Positions 12,687-25,571 of a DNA stretch of 64,000 bases are shown here, in pieces; the stretch's first letter is position 1, and every line of letters starts with the position of its first letter. Below the pieces are notes generated by a model, which had not been told where the DNA came from, made no database searches, and saw nothing but the letters and a program-made list of their open reading frames with translations. Source of the DNA: Octopus vulgaris (taxonomy: Eukaryota); assembly GCA_951406725.2 (NCBI GenBank), contig OX597828.1, forward strand, positions 66,526,001 through 66,590,000, written 5' to 3'. The position numbers and the translations under genes were made by a program.

Positions 12687-14254
12687 GGTGTGAGAGGAAA
12701 AGTTAAGTCATAGTTAGTTTCAATGTGATACAAAATAGAGAGTGAGGTGAAGGAAAGAAAATAGATGTAAGATATGTATGGGTATTGAGTTCATAAATCC
12801 GTTTTATAGGCATAATGGTATATACACATTAAACTTTACAGCAATATCTAAAAAAAAATCCGACATTAAGATTAATAACAAACTTTCCTTAATTTCTAGG
12901 CATGCAGACTGTGACGTCCTTGCCACCAACCTTTCAGCAAGTTCTGCCAACGTCGTCTGTTGTACTCTCGGCCAATTCTCTTCCTGCGAGTCTGACCAGT
13001 ATGCCACCACCAACATTGGTGTCCCAAGCTTCTGCTCAAGGTTTGATTCCTTTTTGAATACTTCAGCTGCAATAACGTTCATCTGAAGTTGTAGAATAAT
13101 AAGTCTTTCTCTTCTTATTCCATTGTATACTTGTTTAAAAGGGAAAGAAAATGCCGGCAGGTTTCTTAAGTTTATGAGTCCTATATATTGTTGTTAAAAT
13201 ATTATCAACCCAAAACAACTGACAAGGCTCTCTCGAGTGTTTTCCTCCATCGTGCTGTAGCTTATACTTTTATTATTAAGCTTTTCTTATACTTCGTAGT
13301 CTACTGTTATCATCATCATTTTTTACTTCTACTTTTTCCATGCTGGCATGGGTTAGATGAGACTCATGGTAACTGTAGTCTTAGGTCAAATGTCCTTTCT
13401 GTTGCTAATCCTTGTTTGTTTTTTTAAGTAAGATGTTTTCATTTCACCAATCTTCATATATAAAACCAATGAGCTAGGGGACATATTGTTGGAGGAGGTA
13501 TAAACAAATGTCACCATCTTTCTCAGATTGTATCATTGTTAAAACACACTAAAATAAACATCTACACAAACACACACATACACTGGGCTTCCATACAATT
13601 TCTATTTATAAATTTCACTCCTAAGGTTATAATACAAGACACTTGCCCAAGGTTCCAATAGAATTGAACTTGAAACCTTGATTGCAAAATGAGCTTCATA
13701 AACACACAGCTATATCTGCAACTTATAATTTGATTTAGTACTACTACTAATATCACCACTATCATCATCATCATCGTCTTAACATCTACTTTTCCATGGG
13801 TCAGACAGAATTTATTTCAGCAGATTATAAAATGAGTAAAGAGCAGCAGTTAATATGGACATGGACAGACAGACGGACGGGGACACACATGCATTTATCT
13901 CTTTAGTTTATCACATTAATTCATTTATAAGTCAGTTTCTTTGCATTGCTGATAAGTTTGCTAAATTTCTCCAGATTAACAGTATTCTGTTTCAAATATT
14001 CAAGTAAATAAACCATTTGGCAGTTATCAATATATAATATCGTAACCGTACCTTTTTTTTTTTAAACTTTTCCTACTCCTGCCACCTCCAACAAACACAA
14101 ACAACTGATATTCTAGGTTGGATATTCATTAATTGCAAGTTATCTAATCTTATAGCATTTAAGCCAGTCATATCTGGTCCAAATATTCTACCTATTTTAT
14201 ATTCAAAGTGGCCAGATCCAGCCTCTTACACCTACCTTATAATGTCATTCTAAA

Positions 14255-14579
14255 ATGCCAGAGCGGCTATCTGGCCTCCGTGCCGGTGGCACGTAAAAGA
14301 CACCATTCGAGCGTGATTGTTACCAGCATCGCCTTACTGGCACCTGTGCCGGTGGCATGTGTAAAAGATTCGAGCGAGGTCATTGCCAGTACCACCTGAC
14401 TGGCACGTAAAAGCACCCACTACACTCTCAGAGTGGTTGGTGTTAGGAAGGGCATCCAACTGTAGAAACTCTGCCAGATCAAGATTGAAGCCTGGTGCAG
14501 CCATCTGGTTCGCCAGCCCTCAATCATTCGTCCAACCCATGCTAGCATGGAAAGCGGACGTTAAACGATGGTGATGATG
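14255..14579 (+). mobile_element. RTE LINE 3'-UTR/tail copy
   Basis: GTGCCGGTGGCAC hairpin units, then GTGGTTGG..AGGAAGGGCATCC..CCAACCCATGCTAGCATGGAAAGCGGACGTTAAACGATG.., matching the tail of the LINE at 31680-35427. Confidence 0.85.
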
Positions 14580-15417
14580 CATCTTTGAAATCTTGAAACT
14601 ACAAAATAATGCATGGTTAATTCAAAATAATGCAAATTAATAAGCTTTGTTACATTTGGTAGAATAAGCTGAATGTCAAAGGTTTAAATCTAATTGTTAT
14701 AGTTGACAGGATCTAATGTATACGGCACTGTTATATTGGATCAACACCAGAGGTTCATGTCTCGCTGCTAGTGTTATAGCAACTAAAATTTTAAATGTCA
14801 TACATGTATATTTTGCTTTACTATTTCTTTGTGATTATTTTGTAAGTGCAATATTAGCAAAATAGATATTGTATAGTGTGTGTTAGTTTGCTTAATGTAA
14901 TCTGTGAATGCTTACCTGATTGTAATGCATCTGTTCACTAACAAGATATTAACATAAAGATATTTTGGTTGCTGATGATGCAAATGCAAAACTACAGAAT
15001 TGAAATTTACTCAGTTTTCTGCTGTTATTGTGTTAGGTTTTTGAACTTAGATTTAGTTGTGGAAATATTCAACTTGACACTTCTTAGCCTTAACAAAACA
15101 ATCACTTCATATTCAATTAAGCCAGCTTTAGAAACAACCTTCCAGTTCATAGTTTGATTAGGAAAAATCTAGCTGTGCTGTGAAAGAAAATCCAACCTGC
15201 CTGACAATGCCATTATTTCTATGATAGAAACTGCATGTTTTAAAACAATAATCTAAATTAAAACCTTCCATTCTCATATTAATTTATGTTCCAAAAGAGT
15301 GGGTCTGTCTCTGCAGTATATATTGCAACTCTAACATATTATTTTTTGATACCTCATTCTGTGAACTGCAGAACAGTGCTTATTTTAATCTGCAAACATT
15401 TCACTTTCTCTGTGCAG

Positions 15418-15537
15418 GTATGGCCAGCTCAGCTAATGCAGGTGGTTTAGTAATTCCTGTTTCCTATTCCACATCACTAACACCTATGCCTATGGTCACA
15501 AGTCTCTCAACATCTCCACTTCTCTCGGTTGGCGCTG
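15418..15537 (+). CDS. KHDC4: KHDC4-like internal exon
   Basis: TTTCTCTGTGCAG acceptor, GTAAGC donor, 120 nt, phase 1-1, open frame GMASSANAGGLVIPVSYSTSLTPMPMVTSLSTSPLLSVGA. Confidence 0.75.
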
Positions 15538-16220
15538 GTAAGCATTCTAAATTGTCTTTGTTATTGTAGACCAAAATTTGAAGCATATTTCTTTCACTCA
15601 TTTTGGTGTTTGTTTGTTTGGTTTTTGTTTTTACTTTTATTGTATATGTTAAAATATATAACAGATATGTTACTTTCCATCTTATGTTCAGTTTGACTCA
15701 TGCAAATACACAAATAATGTTCTGAAAAGTAATATAATTAAGTATTGGGAGTGATCACATCAAAACCAATACAGGATATTGTCTAATACATTTAGGCATT
15801 TCAAGGTATATGTTTTGTGAATAATTGTTGTTGCTTAGATCCAATCAAGAAAAGTGGAGTATGGATTAGTGAATCAAATATAAAGAGATTACACCAAAAG
15901 ACAAAAAAATATTTTTAACCATAGTAATTGTAGGATTGTAATTTCAGACCCATAAGATAAATAACTTATCAGTTTTAGATGTTATCTGAAATATTCACTG
16001 TAACAGATGGCTGAATACCATTTTGGTATGGTGAATTGAGGGCAATGTAAGGCTAGAAAAACTTGAAACTATTGCAGTAATTAGAAGTAAAATGTTGCTG
16101 ATAAAGAATAATTTCAAACTTGCCTACACGGTACCTCTAAAGACAAAAGTGGTAAACCTTGACGATCCAATTAATATGTTGGAGGATATTTTCATAATTG
16201 TTATTTCCATATTGTTTTAG

Positions 16221-16364
16221 GTCCTCCACCGGCTGCTCCTGCGGGTCAAATGGATGCCAGTGGAAGTTTATTACCAAACGCTTCCCTTCCGCCACCTCTT
16301 TTACAAGTCTCAACAGCTCCTGGTATGAGTCAATATGCAACCACTACAAACGATCCGTTTTTAG
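16221..16364 (+). CDS. KHDC4: KHDC4-like internal exon (alternative in-frame donor at 16322)
   Basis: TTGTTTTAG acceptor; GPPPAAPAGQMDASGSLLPNASLPPPLLQVSTAP..; donors GTATGA (after 16322) or GTATTG (after 16364), both phase 1. Confidence 0.72.
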
Positions 16365-16621
16365 GTATTGTCTATTTTAAAATTCATATTAACAAATAAC
16401 GCAAAACATTTTATGATAGATTTCTTGAAATAACATAAAAATATTACTAAAAAGAACTTTCTCATTGTTATGCAGGTATTACTGATATATATCAAATTTC
16501 TCCTTTATATACTGACATTTTGTTATAGTTTTCTATATGTATATATATATGTATGTGTATATATATATATATATATATTATGTTATACATTGCATTTCCT
16601 TTGTGTTTTTCTCATTGTTAG

Positions 16622-16854
16622 GCAATGCTAATTTAGGTAATCCCCAACCTGCCCAAGTGATAGTTGGCCAGCAGACAGTCACCCCTCTTGGTATGTCATT
16701 AAGTGGTGGAAACCCTCAGATGGCCCCCCAATATGGTTCTCCTGTTCCTAATTCAATAGCACCTCCAATGAATGCACTACAACCTGGAGTGCAATTTGTT
16801 TCTCAGCAACAGCTCCCGCCAGCTGGACAACCACCACCACCCTACTATGGACAG
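16622..16854 (+). CDS. KHDC4: KHDC4-like internal exon
   Basis: AG acceptor, consensus CAG|GTGAGT donor, phase 1-0; P/Q/G-rich peptide ending PPPPYYGQ. Confidence 0.85.
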
Positions 16855-17074
16855 GTGAGTTTTTCAATTCTAGTTAATTTTACTTGTATTTGCTAATATT
16901 TTCGCCATCATTATAATCATCATCTTGGCTTAGGTACAACTGTATCTAAAGCCTCCAGTTATGAGTGTTTCTTTCAAAGATGTATGGTGTATTTGTTCTT
17001 TGTTGATGTGTGTTGTAAATATTATGTGTGTATGATGGTCTAAAATATGTTACTAGCTATACTCCCTTTTTTTT

Positions 17075-17475
17075 TACTTGTTTCAGTCATTTCTGAGGCA
17101 GTGCTGGGACACCGCCTTGAAGAATTCCCTTAAGTCAAATGTATTGACTCCAGTACTTGTTTTTTTACAGCCTGGCACTTATTCTATTGGTCTCTTTTGC
17201 TGAAACACTAAGTTACAGGGACATAAACACACCAGTACCAGTTTTCATGTGGTGATGGTGGGGACACACAGACAAAAAGATGCACTCTCTCACACACACA
17301 TACATATATACACACACACACAATTGGATTCTTTGAGTTTCTGTTTACCAAATCCACTCACAAAAATTTGGTCGGCCTAAAGTTATAATAGAAGGTACCA
17401 TGCCGTGGGACTGAACCCCAAATCATGTGGTTTGGGAAGCAAGCTTCTTGCCACACAGCCACGACTGCACCTGTT
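17075..17475 (-). mobile_element. tRNA-derived SINE with internal microsatellite
   Basis: Reverse complement of the family seen at 44418-44860 (GGCTGTGTGG head, GGTTCAGTCCC B box, GACTGAAACAAGTAAAA end). Confidence 0.8.
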
Positions 17476-18096
17476 ATGAGGAATATTGAAATAAAATGTA
17501 AAACCAGTGATGGGCTGAAAACGTATTTGGGGAGGTGTGTCATACACCATATCACCACTCATCTCAATATTTTGGCATCTTTTTTCTAAGGACCAAACTC
17601 TTGCCCACCACGCTTTCCTCCCTCCCTCTCTCCCTCCACCCTCTAGAGCACATTTTCACCCAGTATTTATTCTTCGGTCCCACCCCCTACTGAATTGGCA
17701 ATTATTTTTCACATTTTAGGAGTGAATAAGTTAAGTGTTAGTATTATATCAGTAATATTGCCTCTCACAATAATAATGACTAAGATGATGATGATGATAT
17801 TGAGAGACAATGGCTCAGCAGAATGTTGCTAAACATAGTATTCTCTGATCATGAATTTGGGTTTGGCACAAAGTTGTTCTTTTTTAATGTTTTTTTTTTT
17901 ATGTAATTAAAAAATTATTTTTCTTCTTTATGTGCTATTTTGCACAAGAATAGAATTATTTCGGTTAAATATCAGAAATGAGATTTAACTAAAATAATTC
18001 AGTTATGTCCAGTTTCTCTTGCTGTCACTTCAGAAATGTATTGCTTATATGGTGATTCTGTGTAATGTTGGTGTGTGTGTGTTTTTTCTGTTTCAG

Positions 18097-18360
18097 TTTT
18101 CTGGTAGTGCTGCTAGTCTGCCGATGAGTCTTCCTGCAGCTGCCACGTACACTGTTGCTCCAACGACATACGCCATTACAACAACAGGTTATGCCTATAA
18201 TGTCGGGCCACCGAAAGACGATTCTGTTCAACCTCCACCTCCACCACCTCATCATGCACCTCCTTCACAGTCACCCGTCCCGCCACAGCAGCCTCCAAAG
18301 CGGAGATTTACTGAAGAGAAACCTGAAGATAAAATACCAGAGAATTTGTTGGGCTATCAG
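18097..18360 (+). CDS. KHDC4: KHDC4-like exon with KRRFTEE...LLGYQ motif
   Basis: TTTCAG acceptor, CAG|GT donor, 264 nt, phase 0-0. PPKRRFTEEKPEDKIPENLLGYQ matches the KRRFTEE..LLGYQHGP motif I recognise from vertebrate KHDC4. Confidence 0.92.
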
Positions 18361-19229
18361 GTTTGTGTGTAGTTTGTTACTGATAATAGTGAGAAAGAGG
18401 AGAATTATTAGTATTCTTATTATTGGAATGGCCCATGTGGGAGACAGATTGACTCTGTCTTTGACTAATAATTCAGGGTTTTGTGTAGCCAACATTCATA
18501 AAAGTTAACATTAACTTTCATTAACCCACACACACCACCACCGCCATCCCAACATTGGTAATGTTATAATAATAAAACTGTAATGAACCTTGTGCCTCCA
18601 TACAGACAATAGTTCATTGTAGAAGGAATTGTTCCACTCCAGAGACACATGATGTTCCACTCCAGAGACACATGAAATGCTTACAGAAGTATTTGAAATG
18701 TTTTCCCTGAACTTGGCTGTTATTCATCTCATGCTTTCAGCTATTTCATCAGTTCTGTCTATCCATTAGTCAATTATAATCTTCACTAAAACATTGGCCT
18801 TATCATTATCATCATTTAACATCTGTTGTTCATGCTGGCATGGGTTGAATGGTGATCAGGGCTGGTAAGCTGAGGGACTGCACTAGACTCCAGTCTGATT
18901 GGTTATGGTTTCTACAGCTGGATGCCCTTCCTAATGCCAGTTATACTTATTCAAAAGAAATCACCATGCTATTCAAGAAGCCTAAAATGGCACTGCCTTA
19001 TGCTTATTTAAGAAATCAACAATACTGTTGTCAAAGATTATTAATGTAAGAAATATTTATTTTTGGATAAAAGAATTAGTAGGGTACTGGTCAAAAATAT
19101 TTTGTATTTAGTTACTTCACTAAATGCCTTTCATCCTTCCAGGGTTGATGAAGTAAACAACAATCAAATACTGAAATGATGTTTGACTTTATGACAATTT
19201 AATAGATCATTATTATTATTATTTTTAAA

Positions 19230-19440
19230 ACAGCAAGCTGACAAAACCATTAGCACATGGGGCAAAATGCTTTGCAGCTTTTCCTCTGTCTACTTTCTGA
19301 GTTCAAGTTAGGCAAAAGTTGATTTCGCCTTTCATCCTCTTGGGGGTCAATAAAATACATACCAGTTGAATACTGGGGTTGATCTAATCGACTTGCCCCT
19401 TCCTTCAAATTGCTGGCCTTGTGCCAAAATTTGAAACCAA
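19230..19440 (+). mobile_element. tRNA-derived SINE (decayed)
   Basis: GAGTTCAA B-box-like motif and GCCTTTCATCC..GGGGTC..ACCAGTTGAATACTGGGG body shared with 60385-60575. Confidence 0.7.
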
Positions 19441-20042
19441 TATTATTGTTATTGTTTGAAATACAGAATCAGAATGTCACTCAGAATGCTTTGCTGTTTA
19501 AATCTCTTACTTTGGCTTCTGGGTTCAAAGCTTGGAGTTGCTTTTCACTAATCTGTGGTTGATTCAATCAACTCTTCTCTCTCTCCTATATTCCTATGTT
19601 AGAAATCCTTATTATTATTTATTACCTACATGTAGCATTCTTCCCTTGAAATATAAATCTTGTTATAAATGTCATGTAGAGTTCCTCCTATCCAGTTTAT
19701 ACTAGAAATGCTGTTGTACAAGACGCATTATTTTTATTCTTAAATGTAACAAACAATTGCATCTAATGTGACTGTATTCCAGGTGTGATACCAGGTGTAT
19801 GAAACATTAGATTCATTTTTTTTTCCCCCAACAAAAAAAAACTAAGTGTTTGCCTTATGCTATGGTGCATCTTCTACATCAGCAAATTCAGTATATCAGT
19901 ATTCACATAATGTTCGTATATTTTACAAGTTCCTCACCATCAACTCTTCGTTATTGTTTATTATAGGCTGTCATTGTTATTAATTTGCAATTTATTCACC
20001 ACCTGTTTTCATACGCTGCTTCATTATTGTTGTTGTTGTTAG

Positions 20043-20188
20043 CATGGTCCTCCTCAGTTGGCCAATATGATTGCTTCTGGTCCTCCACCACCTGTAGTAG
20101 GAAGCCATCACCAATCACCTGTGACACAGTCTTTTACCCAGCCTTTAGTTGCAGTCACTCAGACATCTCAGGTTTATGAAGAATTCAG
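20043..20188 (+). CDS. KHDC4: KHDC4-like exon beginning HGPP
   Basis: Starts HGPPQLANM, continuing the GYQ|HGP motif; AG|GTAACT donor in phase 2 fits the next exon. Confidence 0.88.
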
Positions 20189-21032
20189 GTAACTTTGCTA
20201 ATCTGTTCTTCAAATTTCATTTGGATTTTTTATTTCTTTTTTTGTTTATTATCAGTTTGAAATTTTATCCATCATCGTCATCATCATTGCCATTGCTATT
20301 ATATCTGGTGGAAATGGCTGAAACTATTTAAACAGCAGACTAGAAATACTTCTCAATATCTAGTTTCATCCCTCAGAGTTTGATTCTTGCTGTGGCTAAC
20401 AATCATTTTTCAATTATATTCTGGCTCAATAAAATAAGTACCAGTGATATACTGGACTCACTTTCAATTGATCATACTCTTTCTTCTAGAAAAAGTTGCC
20501 TTTTGCTTAGCCAAAGGAAATGATTTGCCATATATATCATATTACAGACTTACAAATTTTAATTACAATCGTTTTTTTTGTACTGATTATTTTTTAATTT
20601 ATTTGTCTTCCATTTTTGGTGATTGTTTTTTTTTTTTTTTCTTTGTCATTATAAATATTAAAAACTTTTCGTTGCTAAAATTCTTCATTTTACAATGACT
20701 ATTCAACTTTATCTAATAAGCAGTAAGTGACTAAGTTTTAAAACAAATATTGACTGCTGTTCTAATTTTTTTTAATCTGTATCACTTAGATTTTGATTGT
20801 ACCTTTAGACCTATTTGGGGCTTGTCATATCAATTCTGATTCATTTTAAAAGCAACTTCCAAATTGCTTGCATGCCCAGTCTGAGGATATATCAATTTGA
20901 ACAGAAAAAGTGTAATATTTTCATTGTGGCTTCTCTAAAACAGAAATGTGGTTACTAAGTCATTTTTAATCAATATTTGTTAGTGTATATTTGATACCAT
21001 TCATCTAAAACCACCTTTCTCTCTTTTCCTAG

Positions 21033-21172
21033 AAATCAAGGGTTTGCAAACCCCCCTCCTGTGAACCAACCGGCATTTGTCACCCCACCTCCTCCACCAC
21101 CCCCATCTCATAGTCCATCCCCAGAGAGGTCTGAAGTAGATAAGCACTTGATGCCTCCTCCTCCACCTCCCG
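21033..21172 (+). CDS. KHDC4: KHDC4-like exon with DKHLMPPP motif
   Basis: Polypyrimidine + TAG acceptor, GTGAG donor, phase 2-1; ERSEVDKHLMPPPPPP resembles the DRQLMPPP motif of KHDC4. Confidence 0.88.
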
Positions 21173-22681
21173 GTGAGAGTTTTGTTGGTTTTATGAAGCC
21201 AAAAAAAAAAAGCCAAAGAAAATTGTTAACTACTATATGAATAAATAACAACAAACTGTGTGAGGGACGCAAAGGGTGTAGCAGTTTGATAGCTTAGGTG
21301 CTGTTTGTAATCCTTCTTCTTGGTACATCTCTAACGTCTAAGTCTAGCAAATCTATTCTACATTCACACCTGCACGTGCACACACAATACACACTTGCAG
21401 TCATAAAACTTTTGATATCCACAGAAAACGACAGCCTCATAAGCCAAACTTATTTTTAGGCTGCATGGACCCTTTAACATTATACAAAAAAAATTCCAAC
21501 TTGTGATCTTAAACTATCACCTTCATCATCATTTTAGCATCCACTTTTCCATGCTTGCTTGGGTTAGACAGAATTTGTTGAGGTGGATTTTCTATGGCTG
21601 GATGCACTTCCTGCCACTAACCTTCATCTGTTTCTAAGCAACGTAACATTTCCCATTGCCTAATGTATTTTCGAAGGAAGATTTGAAATAAACGCTGATT
21701 GTTTACAACTATCATCTGATTTCAAAACAAAAGGAGCCTTTGTAATGAATATTAATTTGCACATTCAATCTAAATTGGATGTATTGTTTAAAACACCTTA
21801 GAGTGTAGTAAACATCACAAGAAATCACCTTGTGTGCATGACAAACTGCTAAGAAGTACAGACTAATATATTAGCTAATGAAATTTTTATTAGCACAGGC
21901 AAATGTGGATCATCAGTAATAGCTAACCAAGTGCCAAATGCCGGACTAACTGATGATATAGCATGATACTGGCCAAACAGCCAGTGATGTTGCAAGTGGC
22001 TATTGGACTTTTCAGTCCAAAGAAATTGTATCTTAAATTGTAAGAGGGTCATTACCTCGGTACATGTATTTTTTATAAAAAAAAACAATGTTTTTGAGAA
22101 GCAGAGGGTCTGTGGGCGCCTTCTTGCCTTCTCCCATCTTTATATTTTTTATCATAATCATCCGCCTCATTAATGTCTATGTCCAGCCCGCAAGCTACTC
22201 TTTGTAATGCCCTTATGGCAAATCTTTATGAAATAAAGTAGCTATTGGACTGTGAATAAATTAGCTGGTGGTGACAGAAATAGCTTTTGTAATGACTATT
22301 AATTAGCACATCCAACCTAAATTGGATTATGTTGTTTAGAATGCCTAAGACTGTAGTAAGCATTTTGAGAAATCATCTCATGTAGATGACAAATACTAAA
22401 AAGGCTGCTTCTGTCTCTAATAGTTAATTCATTCACAGCCCACCAGCTTTTTGCAGTGTCACTGGTTGTTTGGTCACTATTATGCTAAATCATCCTGTCT
22501 GGCTAGCTGCTACTGATGATCCATAGTTTACAAGGAAATCACGTAATGTTGTAGTGTCATCCGCCAGTGCTGATTAAAATTTCATCACCCACTATAGCAG
22601 TCTGTGCTTTTTAGCATTTGTCATGGACACAGGATGATTTCTTGAGACATTAAGTTGTTCTAAACAATACATCTAATATCA

Positions 22682-22709
<28 letters not shown>

Positions 22710-22712
<3 letters not shown>

Positions 22713-22902
22713 ATAGTGTATATTTAAACACATAAGGAATTCACTTATAGGGATTCTACATGCTAGAAAGAACAGCTAGGTTCTATAACCACAAAAATTA
22801 GGGATAAAATTCAGTTTTTGTGGTTATAGAACCTAGCTGTTCTTTCTAGCATGTAGAATCCCTATAAGTGAATTCCGTATGTGTTTAAATATACACTATA
22901 TC
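22710..22902. repeat. 88-bp near-perfect inverted repeat (intronic foldback)
   Basis: Arms 22710-22797 and 22815-22902, one mismatch, 17-nt loop, directly after a (TA)n run. Confidence 0.95.
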
Positions 22903-23529
22903 GTATGACTAATATATAGTCTTTTTGACTAATTTTTTTACACGTTAGACCACTGGAAATGTAAATTTTGATTAATTTCCATTTCCCTTTGATATGATTA
23001 TATATTGATATGTGCGAATGCATGAAACTCTCAGACCTTGAATCACACTAATACTTCTGCTAAATATTAATAAAAAATATCATCATTTAACGCCTACTCT
23101 TCATTCTGGCATCTGTTAGACAGTTTGACTGGAGCTGATAAGCCAGAGAACTGCACCAGGTTTCAGTCTGATCTGACATGGTTTCTGCATCTGGATGCCC
23201 ATACATACATACATACATATGCATGCACACACACACACACACTTTCTCTCTCAATATCACAATCATTATCGACCTAACTCCATTCACCATATTTTACATT
23301 ACATTTATACTTATATCCTTGTATGCTTATACCTAAAATCATCTCCTCCGTATTAGCCACTACTCCCTTAATTTCCCATTCCCTGTTACTCCCTTTCTGG
23401 CTTTTGGTTTTTAATATTGAGTAATGACAACGATGGGGAGGGTTGTAACTGAAATTTATTAAACATTCTGTCCATGTTATCTTAGCTGACTGTATAATGT
23501 TTTTGGCCTTCTACACAAATGAGATAATA

Positions 23530-23960
23530 GATTAGAAAAATTAGAAAGTGGTGAATGTTTCAAAACAGATTATATATATGTATATGTATGTATGTGTGTA
23601 TGTATATATATATATGTTTGTGTGTGTATATATATATATCCATATATATGGATGTGTGTGTATATGCATATACATGCATACACACACACATATATGCGTA
23701 CATACATATATATGTATGTACGCGTGTGTGTGTATGCATGTATATGTACGTATGTATATGCATATATATTTATATATATATGTGTGTGTGCATATACATA
23801 TATGTGTGTGTGTGTGTTATATATGTATATTATATGCATATATATGTGCATGAATGTGTGTATGTATATATATGTGTATGTATATATATATATATATACA
23901 TATATATAATATGGGTGTCATTGTTTATACATACATATATATTTATACATCTGTATATTT
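23530..23960. repeat. Degenerate (TA)/(TG)/(CA) microsatellite tract
   Basis: Directly visible. Confidence 0.93.
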
Positions 23961-24301
23961 CTGTATCTATATACTTTAAATTAATAATTTTCTTTGTGCT
24001 TTTATTTTCATGCAAATTACATAATCTGAAATTCTAGTGATTTTTGTATTGGATATGTAATATTTTAATTCTAAACTTACTATTCTAATCCTTACTTTGA
24101 GATTTATATATATGTATGTATACACATATATATGCATCTCAAAGTATCAGAATCTTCTTTGTAATTTTCTTCATTCATTTCATTAAGCTGATAATTCATC
24201 TATTATTTCTCTGGCATTCTCTACATAATTGTTTAATATGAAGATATCCAAACTTCTGTTAGTGATTAATTTTTTCACAAATAATTATTGTAACTTTTCA
24301 G

Positions 24302-24388
24302 GAAGCAAACGTACGGCGCAGCATCAAGGAGGTACTGAGACACAGGAACAACGTAAAAAAATCAAAGGCGCTCTTGGCAGTGTAGCCG
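24302..24388 (+). CDS. KHDC4: KHDC4-like penultimate exon
   Basis: TTTTCAG acceptor, GTAATA donor, 87 nt, phase 1-1; GSKRTAQHQGGTETQEQRKKIKGALGSVA (basic, NLS-like). Confidence 0.85.
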
Positions 24389-25571
24389 GTAATATTTTTT
24401 TATAATTACAGTTTGTTTATTAGATCCAAAGCTAGGTGACGAAAATGTAAAATTACCTGTAGGAAAGTTTTAAATGTAAAGACTTTTATGAAGCATTGTA
24501 TTGCTAACTTCTGCTTCTATATTACAGTCGAATGTGAAGAAGATTAATCGACATAAAATAGTTGTTTCAGCAATTCCATGTGTAAAAGGGTAAAAGAAAT
24601 AATATTTCATTTTTGTAACTGGTTCGCAAGATTCGTGTGTTGTGTCTTATGAGAGTCATTACACCAATATTAATAACACACACACACTCTGCTTCGATTC
24701 CACTCCATTATTATTAGTCAGTTGGTTTAGTATCTATCCGACTAAACAAGCATTTGTTTGACTTGTCAGTTAAACAGTTAGTTGTTTGCTTTGATTTTTA
24801 TTCATCAAAATTCTTTCATTTCCACTTTTCTCTATTTGTTTTCATTCTCTGAAATTCTAAGCTAAAATGTTACAAAAGCAAAATATGGCTTCTTAAATTA
24901 TTGGTATATGAAGCCTCAGTGAGGGGATTTTACAGTAAGGAGGGCCTGTCATAGATGAGGTCGTAAAGATTTTTGCAAACATAACTGATTGATTGATTAA
25001 CTGAATGATTAATCAAACCATTGATTAGTTTCTTAGTTAAATAGTTATCCAAATAACAAATAATAAAGAAGTGAAATTGAACCAGTGTGTGTATTTATTA
25101 TTGATGTAATGACCCTCCCAAGATGCACAAGTTGACATTAGGGACCTTGCAAACCAAATACAAAAACAAAATATATATCTGTTCCCTTAAATGGTATACT
25201 TGTATTCAGCAGATACATATTCATTTGTCATACTGTCTCCTCATCTTAGTTACATAATAAATGTTTTTTCATACACAAATAGCTGTTAGGCTTATTCAGT
25301 TTTAGTTATAGATTTTTTCATTAACTTTTACCCTTTGAAAAGATTTTTCAGTAAGTTTTTAAAATTCCCATTTTCTAAATCTTTTCTGCCGTATGTTGAT
25401 TTGGAAAATACTGTGAATATAGTTGGATTGATGTAATCAAGATTAGGCTAAGAAAGTTTATGATTCATAAAAGACAAGAGAATTTCGTAGAACTTTGTCA
25501 GTATGAAATAGTTGAAGGTTATCTTGTCCACCTATGCCTTAAACTTGTTTGTATTTTATTTATATTGACAG

